DNA from: Thraustochytrium aureum
Lineage: Eukaryota
Direction: 5' to 3'
Assembly: GCA_012862495.1 (NCBI GenBank)
Contig: BLSG01000208.1
Location: 1 to 33,446 of the forward strand
Length of the DNA stretch: 33,446 nt
Shown here: piece after piece, positions 10,101 through 22,100 of the stretch
How the letters are laid out: each line of letters begins with the position of its first letter
Position numbering within the stretch: the first letter of the stretch is position 1
The notes under the pieces: model-generated
The model's database searches: none
What the model saw: the letters and a program-made list of their open reading frames with translations, nothing else
What the model was told of the DNA's origin: nothing
Translations under genes and position numbers: made by a program

Positions 10101-13100
10101 CCGGACCAAGCTCCTCGGTCACAAAGGCAAGCGAGTCGCGCCCGCCAAGCTCTACTGCGGCTGTCGTCACCGGCACGGTTCCGCACGCCACGGCGCCGTG
10201 CTCGTCCATTGCAAATCCTACGATCAGGAACGCTCCAGGTGGCAGCACGGCAACCAGCGAGGCAGTCTCGCCAGCCACGATGCCGTTGCCAAGCGGGCGC
10301 AAACTAGAACCAGTACAATCGCTTCTGAGGCTCTCGGCGTCGGACGGGCTCGCGAGCCCGAATGTGTACTGGAGCCGACTAGCCTCGACGCCGCGAGCGG
10401 GGCCCCAATACGCCATGGCGAGCTCGAACCGCGAAGTTAGACCTTTGCCGCTCACCCCACCTCCACTCCCAACGATGCATGAGCTCGTCGCCTCGTCCAA
10501 CCTGCAGGCAGAAACGAGTCCAGCAGCAACAGGGACGGGGAGACCCGCAGGGAAGGCGATATTGTCGTCCGCTGCACTCCAATGGCCTGTTACGGCAACC
10601 GCGCCCTCCGCTGCTTTTTCCGACCGTTCAAACTCGCGCACAGCGCCATCCGCGACATGGATGAACATGTTTGCTCGCAGCGAGGCGTCGCGGCCCAAAG
10701 CCACCACTAGACGACTTTCGTCTAGCCACCAGCAGGCTGCGTCCGGTCCAAGCGCGGCCTCCACGCCAGTCATGTCCGTCGCGCCGGCTTCGGCACTCGA
10801 CGCGGGGTGCACCCCGGCCGTTCTGGAACTTGGATCTGCCGCACAGGGCGCGTACGCCATGGTCGCCCCGGCAAACCACATGCTGCAAGAAGCGTTGAAG
10901 TGAGGCTGGCGCCCCCCAGCCGACCCGTTGCCTTCGATCGCTGACCTACCGGGAAAGGTGGGTCTGTCGAAGGTTACCACGAGGTGGCGCCCTGTGCTAG
11001 TCAAGTTAGCGGACACGAGCGCAGGCGGAGGGGCCCGCGCTTGATGCTTGACGAGGACCTCGAGCGTGGGCACCGTGACGCCAGGGCAACAGGCCGTGGT
11101 GCTATGTGCCAAACAGGCGAGCTTTGCGCCGAGAGGGACACTTTCGCGACCGGCCTGCATGACCGCAACAGCCTCAGGATGGTGCGATGACCAGAGAGAC
11201 TGCTCGCAGGTAAACTTGCGAAGAATCGGGCCGTCGTAGTTGGCGTCCTGTGCGCTTGATACTGTGAAGGACACTGCGGTGGCGTCGCTCTCGCGCCACA
11301 CGTCGAGCTGAGTGGCCGAGACGCGAAACTCCACGGCCCGGTCCCAGTCAGCCGCAGCTACCTCAACCCGCTCGGGGCTCACACTGACTAGTGGGCCGGT
11401 TAACTTGTGCGCGACGAGTGCGCCGCTGCACCGCTCGAAGCGCGCCTCTTCAAGGTCCACAACAGGGACCAAAGGCTCGATCACAACAGGTCCGGCTGGA
11501 CGCGAAGTGAGGCGGACCATCACCACGGCGTCCGCCAGACCAACCTCAACTGAGGGACGGTCAAGCGCTACTCCCGCCCACTCGCGATTCATCACGAAAA
11601 GCTCGACCTGAGTGCTCGTGCCGAGCTGGTCCCTCGATGTGCTCCAGCGCGACGAAACGCTGTCGTACAGCGGGTCGCGCGACTCCATTGAAACGAGGAG
11701 CTGCTCCGAACGCGGCTTCGCCAGATCTTGGCCGGAGCTGAACGGCAAAAGCGTCACTGGTTTGGCAATGTCCCAATCCGCAGCGGAAAACTCCACCCCA
11801 CTGTCCGTGGTCCCACTTGGATACACTGTGCTCACTTTGTCCCCCGCCGACAAGTGGATGCGCACCGGGAAGAGCGGCGCCGATTGCAGCGAGACGTGGA
11901 GGTGCGTTGGCGCGCCCCCCTCCGTGAGGAAGACAGCGCTCTGGTCAAAGTGGACCCCAGCAAAGTCGTCGTCAAGGACGCTCACGACGACTTCTTCGAC
12001 AAAGCCGTGGTAAGCCGGGTCAAGACTCTCCACGATGTGCTTGACAAACGCCCCTGCGTGCGCCCCGAGAACCGCACTTTCATCGATCCTGTCGTCAATT
12101 GCTCGCACTGTCACGTTCTGCGCGCGAGACCAGTCGTTTGCGCTAAAGTGCAACACGGACGGTTCCACAACGATCCCGCTGCTCAAATCGCATTCGCATT
12201 CGAGGCTCAAGCCCGGGCTGCACAGCTCTCCTGTCCGAGAGCAAATCCCTGAGGAAGCGAACAGGCGTACTGTCACCAGCGCCGCTGCCGTCAAGTCTGA
12301 AGCGTACGGCTTGGGCGCGCTCGTGAGCGCAACTGAGTACGTCATGCCCGCCTGGTCTTCCTCCGAGACGACAAAGGGGCCGCCCTCGATAACAATGCGC
12401 TTGTCTACGTCACTCCTTTGCACCGAGACAACGGACACCGCACCAACGTAGCCCGGGTCCGGCCCAAGGCCATCCGGCCCCGTCTGGGCGTCCGCGCGAA
12501 GCTCCAAACTCGCGGTGCGACCCACAAGCCCCTCCGCACACTTCAGAAAGATCTCGACAGCTTGTGGAACTGCCCAAGACTCTGGCTCGAAGCGCAGCGC
12601 GGTGGTGTTCATTTCCAAAACCGGGTCAGGTCGAAGCTCGCGCGGAACAGGGCAGGTCTCGATGCCAAAATCAGCAAACATCAGCGCGTCGAGGGCTGAT
12701 CGAAAAAATGCGATCCTTCCGCCCGCAGCATTCTTGGGGGCAGCCAAGGGCTCGCCCCCAGCGGCACATTCGACATCGCCTGGCATACACTCAGCGAGTT
12801 CAAACAGCGCGTTCGTGTGGAAGGTGGTAATCCTGACGCGACGTGGCCTTGATTCGGTCCCCCCAGCAGCGCTCAATACCACCGCATATCGAGGGCGATT
12901 TGCTGCGGTTCCATGAATGCTACGATCAACACCGAAGACCCTCGCCGAGGCAAAGGTTAGCGAGCGGACCGCGACTGCGCACCGGAATTTGTGCCGATCG
13001 TCCGTGCGAAGTTCGAGGCTTTCATCGAGACCTCCGCGAGGGCCTTGGGCCAGGTGCACAATGACGGGACCGAGGGGCTTGGACGTCAGCGCAACGCGCG

Positions 13101-16100
13101 TGGCCATCGCTGCGCCCTTTCCACAGCCCGGCATGCGCAGGACGGCCAGGCCCCCATCGAGCGAAACGCCAGACTCGCGCACCGCGTTTGCTGTTGCGTC
13201 GAAGCGAACCGTCAGAGGCGGCGCGACCATTCCGTCGGGCGACTCACCGCCGCCAACCTGGAAGCGATGTGCTATTTGTATCGAGCCAGCCCCGCCCCAA
13301 ACCGCACCACCGTATGCCGATCCGCGGACCTTGACCGTGAATGTGACCGGCTCCGAGCGGTTGTCCGCTGATACAATCGCAAACGGGGGTTCGATCGAGA
13401 TCGGGTTGTCGCTGAGCTGCACGCACTTGCAACCTGGCGAAGAGATCTCGCATTGGCCACCCGGGAGGCCCGCGCACACTCCAGTCGCCCAACTGGGCAC
13501 AACACGGATCGGAAAAGTAGATGGCGCGAGCCCGCTTCGCGCCAAGAGCAGACTGTAGTTTGCAGCCTGAGCGCTTGCCGAGAGCTGCACAATGTGCGGT
13601 GCGACGAGTACATCGCCGCCATCGTTGTCCATCACGGCGACGGCGAGGTCGCGTCGAGCTACAGTTCGGTGCGCGCCATCCTCTGCATCGCGGAAGCGAA
13701 CATGGTGCCGCACGACGAGCTCTTGCAGGCCCGTCTTGGCAAGGTCGTCGTGCGCGAAGACCGTAATTGGCACTCGGTCAGCCGCATTGGCAGCGGTAAA
13801 CTCAAAGCTGCTCGGGTGCACGCTGAGCCTTGTCGCATCGAAGGACAGCGAGACCGCCACGGAGGCACCCGCCCCAAGGGGTGTACCGAGGAGGAGGCTT
13901 GCGTGGTAGGTTTCTCCGACTTGCGCGCCTTCTTGCAGCACAATCGTGGGCTGGCTGAACTCGACCTGTACGCCGCCATTGCTTGTCGCGCTAACGGCGT
14001 TGAGCAGCTGGCTGGCAGCCGGGAGGTGTCTCCCATAAGCTTGGTCCACTGACCTCGTTGCGGCTCTCAACGCAAACTGCTGGGGGCTCAGAGCGGCTAC
14101 AACGACGCTCTGGTCTGTGCTCCAACCATGTGGCTCAAATCGCAGCGTAGAGGGCACGATGGTTGCTACGGCAGAGTCGCTCACCGAAAGATCGACATCG
14201 ACCGTCGCCCAGGGGCGAGAGGTCAGCTGGACTCGAACCTTAAAAGGCGACCCAGCCACCACTTGGCCTGGAACTGCGAACCGCACGCCCGCTCGATCGT
14301 TGTCGAGGATGCGGAGGGCCACTTGCTCCGTGACTGAATCGTAGCCCCCGCCCCGAGCAGTCAGCACGACGCTTGCGGACTCGTCCTCCGCTGGCTCAAC
14401 CACGTCATCGTCAAAGGCCGCCACTGACACGAGTTGGGGGGTGTGCCAATTGTCACCAGTGAATACGAGCTGTGAGGTTCCCGGGCGAGCCTTCGTGTGC
14501 AAGTGACATTCAGAGCCCGAGGCGCAGTCGCTCGTTGCCGAGCACGCGTTCTCAAACGCCGGTGTCTGCGGGCCGGGGCCCATCGCGGCGCAGTGCCCGC
14601 TGGGAATGTGGATTGAGACAGTAACTACTCCGTCACCCGGCGCGGATTTGGCGCTCCAGCCCGACGCGGGCTGCGCAGGCAAGTCCGGCTTTGATCCGAG
14701 CCGAACCGTGAACGCAGCACCGAAGCCGCCCTCCTCGACAACTACTCGCGAGGCGGACACGACCAGCGCCGCACGCTCACGGTCGCTGACGACGACCTCG
14801 ACGCCGAGGCCGTCTGGCGACAGCGCGGCGTACTGGAGGTCGCTTGCAACAACTTGATGCATAATCCACTCTCGCGACTCGCCACGAACGACATCGCTGA
14901 CTGCAAAAACGGTCACCGGCTGCGGTTTGTCCCAGTCGCGTGGATCGAACCCAAGCGCGAGCGACTCGCCGGGGCCGCGGCGCCGCCCCTCCACCAACAG
15001 GTTGACCCTTGCCGTTGGTTGGACTACAACACGCACGCGGCCAGTTGGGCGCGACCGCAGCACCACGGCGTAGGTCGCCGTCGCGCCCTCTACGAGGGAA
15101 ATCGGGGTCGTCATTTCGAGCGACTCCTGGGAGTCCCTGGGGAGCGGAAACCTCACCGCGTCGACGCCGGCCGTGTCCGCGTCTCGGATTGTGCACCGCA
15201 GCACTGCGCGTCCGTGGCGTGTCGCCGACCATGCAGGATCGCTGCTGCGGACGGTGTGTAGGATAGTCCCAGTGTGATGCGCGGGCTCTTGCAGATGGTC
15301 CTGGAAAGCCGAAGCCCGGATCACGGTCGGTTTGCTCCAGTTCGTGGACCCAAATTCGAGGCGCAGCTCTTGGGTGGGGACAGGGTTGCGCTCGTTGCTC
15401 CACAAGTGCAGCTTTGAGGCGCGCTCGCAGCGGCTGCCTGGCCCGCAGTCCGCGTCGCCCGAGCACGCCGCTTCGAAATTAGGGACGGAGCTGGCACCAA
15501 CGAGACAGTGGCCGGGGGCCGCGGTCAAGTCGATCGAAAACTCGCCCACGCCGCTGACACATCGCGCCACAGGGGACGCAGTCGCCTCGAGCTCCACTTG
15601 GGGCCGCGGTCGTTCAAGAGGCCGCAAGCAGTCCGAATCGCTCGTGCAAGGCAGCCCCGAAGCGCTGCAAAAGGCCGAGCGTGGGCGAGCCAAAAGCTGC
15701 ACAGTGTACTCGTGCATGACCGGCCTGCCCTCACCGCCGCCTCGTCCATGGCTAGCTCGGCGACGGAGAGCGCGACGCCGCCAGCGTCGTTGTCGATAAT
15801 GTCCACGGTCAACTTCTTGGCCGCTGAGCGAAACACTGGGTCCTCACCGAGGACGAGGTGGACCACCTTGCCTGCTCTCGCGTTCCCGTTCGCAGGGTCG
15901 CCGTCAGCGTAGTCGTCGTCCGGGACAGAAAGCTCCACGGTTATGGTAGAGTTCCAGCTCGCGGGCTCGACCAGAATGGTGCACCCAAGCGGGTCGCATG
16001 CAGCGGCACTTGCCGGGATCGAGACATCCAGCCCTGGCGAGGCGCTGATCTGCAGACGGATCGCCGTGACTGGTCTCGCAGTGAGTCCAACCTCGTATGA

Positions 16101-19100
16101 CACCTTTGCCCCCCCCTCCTCAAGAACGACGTGAGCGGGCGACACCAGCACTGAGGCAAAGTCCTCGTCAATGATGTCAACAAACGTTGCGAGCTGCACA
16201 CCGTCAAAGTCCTCGTCTACGCTGCGGGCGACATGAACAATCTTTGTCCGGTGCCTAGCGGGCTCTGCCCTGCTGTCCTTGAGCGCGACGAGGACCACGG
16301 GCTGGGGCACCTGCCAGTCGGACGGCGCAAACGTAAGCGTCGGCTTGCTCGTCGCAGACACCTTGGTGCCTCCTTCACAACGAGCGCTGCGCAAACAGGA
16401 TTCGTCCGCGCAGTAAGCCCGGCAGTCGCTGGAAGTTGAGCAGTACAGCTCATGCTCGTCGCGATTCCCGATGATGCAATGGCCTGTGAATGGACGCACG
16501 TCGATGTCAACACGAGCACGCGGCTCGCGCGTGAGAGAGATGAAGTAAGTCCCGTTGTCCGCCACAGACTCTTTCAAAACGAGGTCGCGCTCGGACAGCG
16601 GCGAGGTGCCCTCAACGTCATGCAAAGCTGTGATGAGGCCGACCGCACTATCAGGGTCCTGGTCGTTGTCGAATACGTTGACGAGGAGAGCTCGTCCCTG
16701 AAGACCATCATACGCGGGGTCTTGCGAGACAGCCTGGTGCGAGATGCGCGTCCTGTGCGGGTCTGGGAGTTCGATGAGGAGGTCGTCCACGGCAGAGACT
16801 ACCACCACGTGCTCCTTGTTCCAGTCTTCGGCTTGAACGACGACTCGAGCAACTGATGTGGCTACCTCTGTACTGCCACCAACAAGCACCGTCACAGGCG
16901 CCCAAGGTCGAGATGCGAGGCGAACGGTGTACACTTCCCCATCGCCCCCCTCCCTTACGGTCAAGCTTGTTCGCGACAGCACTATGCCCGCGGCGCGCCC
17001 ACCGAAGATCTTGACAGGGATGCGGACAGCCTCGAGCGCGGCATATTCCGGATCGGGGCTGTGAATTCCGTGAGAAATCGTGGTGGAGTGCAGCGGCGGC
17101 TCCGCGGCATCACTGTCCAAGACTCTCACAGTGACGTTCTGCACCTGGTCCCACGAATCTGCTTGAAACTCAATGTAGCTCGGGAATACGTCGACGCTCG
17201 TCATTCGCGCACAAAAACCGCTCACTGGATTGCATTGCGCGTCTGTTGCACACGGCGCACTAAAGTCCGGCCCGAGACCTGAGCCGGCCGGGTCTTTGCT
17301 CCGACAGAAACCGTCCATGGCGACTACACGAATAGTAGTTGCAGCTTGGGCGTGCCTGCTAGAGCTAGCCCAAGGCTTGCTCTTGAGGCGGACGCCGTAC
17401 GTCCAGACTGAGCCGCGCTTTAAGGGTTTCCCGTCGCGCACCTCGCGATCGAAGTGCACTATCTCGACTCCCGCGCTGTCGCGGTCCAATATCCTGACAG
17501 CCACGTTGCGCTTTAACGCTCCGTAAGCGAGGTCGTTGGAATCGCCTCTGAGGTCGACGCTGCTGAACCGCGCTCGGTCGGCCCACGCATACGCGTCTTT
17601 GGGGGCCCAGATGCGAATGCGAGAGTCGCGGTTCCAGGCCGCCGAGCTAACCTCGATGCGGGCTTGGCCTTCGTCAAAACGGAGAAACCCGAGACCACGC
17701 TCCTCGATGGCGATGCTGACAGGCGCCAGAGGCTTGCTGGCCAGCCTTACCCGGAAGTCTCTCCACATGCCTTCGACGACATCAACGCTGCCGAGGACAG
17801 GAAGCCCAGCTCCGCTGTGACCATCGTCCTCCTCCACCACGACAATACCAGCGAGATCGTCGTCGACAATGTTCACCCAGAACACGCCCTGGGCCAAGAG
17901 GGCATCGTTTAGGCGGCATTGGACACTCGCTTGATCGTACGCGCCGTCGGCCGCGCTGCGGACGCGCACGTGCACTTTAGCCTCCACGACGTCAGCCTCA
18001 GCGACGTCGTCGTCATAGGCGCCGACCGCGACGAACTGAGGCTGGTCCCAGTTCAGGCTTGAAAACACCAGCTTGGGAGGATGGACCCACGCCCGAGTGT
18101 CGAATTCGCACCTCTGCGAACCGCTGCAAGCCACGGAGGCAGAGCAAGCGTTGAGAGACAGGCGGGAATCCAGGTCAACGCACGTCCCCCCAAGCGTCTC
18201 GAAGCTCACAGTAACGTCCCCGCGTGGCCGCGACAGTAGCTGGACTGCGACTTGCGCAGTTGCCTCTGTGCTGGACCCCTCCTCGAGCATGATGCGGCCT
18301 GCTGGGTGGCTTGCATCTTCTGTGCGCAGCAGCAGCCCCGGCGCGTCGTCGTCATGGACCCTAACAGGAACCTGCTTCGCCGCGAGCTCGTAGTAAGACA
18401 AGTCCACATCTGACGAGGTGCGCAAGGTCAAGGCGACCTCACTGTACCCGCCGGGTTGGGCCACGAGGTCATCCAACGCGGTGACGGTGACAGGCTGGGG
18501 AAGAGACCAAGTCCGCGCATCGAACACGAGCCGAGCCGGCTCGGCGGTGAATATGTCTCGGTCGGATGCCGAAACAGCCACCGAGACTGTCCCACGCGGT
18601 TCGCTTAGCAAAGAAACAAAAACCTGGTCGGTGTGCGCAACTCCGTCCTCTTCGAGCTCCACAACCTCTGCCCCATTCGACTTTGCCGCGCGAAGGCCAA
18701 CGAGGTCGTTGTCCTCCAAGTGCAGGGTTACGGGCTCAATCACCATTGCAGCAAACTCCGGGTCGACCTGCCCTGCGCGAGGAACGAGCTCGAGTCGCAC
18801 TTGCTGGGGCCCGTCGTACACATCGTCGTCCAATATCGACACGCTGAGCTCCCGCACGGCCCCAAAGTTGTCGGCTGTGAAGACAATGTGGGTCGCGGAG
18901 ATTTGCACGCGGTTCGCGCCCTCCCCTTTGACGACAAGGTCAACCACAACGCGGCCGGCGGGCTTCTGGTGCAACAACACGTACACCGTGCTAGGTACCG
19001 AACCCTCGACCAGAGAGAGAGTCTGCGGCCAAACGCTTGCGCTCGCATGCTCGCCCATGACCTGCACAATGAGAGAATCGCCTTCCACACCGTCTGCATA

Positions 19101-22100
19101 TGCCCCGCCAATCGCGCCACCTTGCGCCACATGTGCAACACTGCCCTCGGCTGGGTCGCACTGGATCACCTTGTGGGTACTGTCGACGCCTCCAACGGTC
19201 CGGCACCGCGTTTCGCCGTCGCCGGAGGCACGGATCCAGACCCTTTGTGGGACGTTCCAGTTCACCTCCGTGAAGACGATCGAGCCGGAGCGCGGAGTAA
19301 CCACCTCGACAGGCGCAACGGCGCGAAGCTCAACGCGGACCGTTCCGCCTGGATTTGACGACAGGCTCACGTTGTAGGGCTCCGTTGCGCTGTTCTCGTT
19401 CACGACCATCAGCTGTGGAGACACAATGACCCCTGCGAAATCGTCGTCCTGGACAATAATCCTCAACTCTGCCACAACCCCGTCGAATGCCTCATCGAAC
19501 TGCGAGTCCGCGCGCGCAACGAGGGACGACTCTTTCCCAGCGCCAAACGTCGGCCCTGCAACGTCGTTGTCCACCGCCCTGACCTTCACCACTGCCGACT
19601 CGCTCCAGTTGGTTGCAGAGAACAAGAGGCGCGCTGGCTGGATATCAAGCTCCTCTGAACTCGCAAGAGAGACTTGCACAACTCCTGCAGGTTGCGATGC
19701 AAGCTTGATCCAGACCGACGCGTCAGGCCCGCCTTCTCGGACCACCAGGCGCTGCGGGCCAATCACGATCCCAGCCGTGTCGTCATCCATGATGGAGACC
19801 GAGACGTTTCGATGGACAGCAGGGCTTGCGTCAAGTCGCTCGCAGTGCCCCGTCACATCACGCGCGGCACAGAATGGGGTGCTGTCATCGAAGCGGGGGT
19901 CCGCACTTCTTGAGGCGAAGCCCAGCACGGTTCGGGAAAGTCCGTTGCGCGAAGCCAGAGTATCGTCGACCGCGCTCACAACAACCTCTTGTGGGAGCGC
20001 CCAGTTCGAGGCTGAAAACACGAGGCGCACTGGCGACACTTCAATGGCGCCTCCTCGAGCGCAAAGTGCGCCATCTTTGCAGTCCTTGTCGGAAATGCAA
20101 AGCCCGACGCCTGCCTCATCTAAAACCTCGCGGTCCTCCCTGTCGATGCAGACACCGTCGAGAACGAACGGGGTCAAAACAACGGCGCCGGCCGCTTGGT
20201 CAAGCGAGACACTCGGCCGAGTTGAAAGCCGGACGGAAAAGGAGACAGCTTGCCCGCCCTCAGCGACACGCACCTCATGTGTAGAGAGAACCACCCGTGT
20301 GGCCGGATCTTCCGTCACAGAGATCGCGAGCTCCCCGACGATTCCGTCGTAGGAGCGGTCCAGGGAAGCGCAGCGATGCTCACCAGAAACAAAGTACTGG
20401 TCTGCCCCAGCGCGCAACGCGCCATCCGAGGCGGCCTCGAGCTGAACGAGCACAGGCTGCGGCGCAGCCCAGTTGTCCGGGCTGAAGGCGAGTTGCTGTG
20501 GCTGAAACGTGATCCGTGGCTCGTGCGCCACCAAGCTCACGGTCACTGGCGCCCACGGCCGCGAACCAAGCGAGACCGAGTACCCGGCCTCACGGCCCTC
20601 TTCGCTCAGGTTGACCAGCGCGGCCGAGAAGAGGACCGCGGGTACGTCGGCGTCACGGATCCAGCCGACCACTGCATTCTCGCTGACAGCAAGGCGGCCG
20701 TCGACTGGGTCAAGGACGAACGTGGGCGAGCCTCGAAAGGCAGGATCGTCCCTGCTCGAAATGACGTGTGTGATCCGCACAGCGTGCTTGGCTGCTTCTT
20801 GCCGGTTGTCGGTGAAGGGACGGAGCGATACTCGCCGTGGCACGTCCCAGTCCTCCTCCGTGAAGCGCAGCGGGCGCCCATTTTGCGGCTCGGTGATGAA
20901 AGCACTCGTGTCGCGGACGCACGAAAAAGACCTCGGATTGGCATCCATGTCGCGCTGCGTGCAGTCGGCGTCGTCCCTACAAGGGCCGAGTTGGAACAGA
21001 GGCCCGAGTCGATCGTGCAGGCAAAACCCGTCCGCTACCTCAAGAGAAACAGTGACCACGCCAGCCGGCCGCGCCGCGAGGGACGCAAAGTAGGACACAG
21101 ACCGACCGGGGTCGGCCTCGTCCATCTCTTCAGAGAGGAGCGCAGCGCTGACCAACAGGCCTCGCTCGTCAGCGTCCACAACGCGGAACGGAAGAGGCCC
21201 AACGTCCAGCCCGTGGTAGGCAAAGTCGGCTGACTCGATCGAAAGCAAGACCTGCTCGAAAGACTCGGCGCCGTCTTGTGCGAGACCGTCGCTTTCCACA
21301 AACATGGAGACTTGAACCGGGTCTGCCCAGTCCAGAACGCCAAGCACTATCTCGTGTGGCGAAAAGACGACCGCGCGACGGGTTGCATTGAGACGTACCG
21401 TGACTGGATGAGAGGGCGGCGCAGATGAGTTGCTTAGACGGACCGTGAAAACCGCCGAGGTCCCCTCCACAGCATCGAGCGTCGCCGGGAACAACTCAAA
21501 TTCTGGCGCAACTCCTTGGACTGCACTGTCGTTGACGAAAACTGTCACGCTTGGCGCGATCGCGCCGCCATAGGCCGGGTCCGTCGACTCGACGCTGTGC
21601 AAGATTTGCAGGGCTTGGAGAAAGTCCTCCGGGACCCGATCGTCCACGGCGCGGATGCGAACGGAGCGCGGCTTCTTGAAGTCTTTGGGCGTGAAGACCA
21701 GCTCCTGCGGCTCGGCGACGAGGTCGTCGCCGGGCGGGAGGACGACGCGAACGATTACACGTCGTTTTGGTGTCTCCACCAGCTTGACTGTGTACGTGCC
21801 GGCAGCTCCACCTTCTTGGAGTCTCAGTTTGGTCGGGCGGATCACGACGGGTCCGCGCATCCCCACGGCGCCCTCCGCATCTTCGATGGCAACTCCTACC
21901 ACAAAAGCGTCCGCTGGGTGGTTGAACCTCGTGTCCATCGAGCGGACCCCGTGACCAATCACCTCGTGGTGCGGGCTGTCCTCGAGCACCCCGTCGTCCA
22001 CGCCGTAGACCTGGACGACCTGCGTTGTGTTCCAGTTCACAGGCGAGAAGACGAGCTCCACGGGGTCGATCTCTACTTGCTGGCGCCCCGGCGGCAGCAG

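Noticed and set aside
15720..15760. Programmed ribosomal frameshift
   Set aside because: No X XXY YYZ slippery heptamer at this or the ~30000 junctions. Simple base loss explains them.
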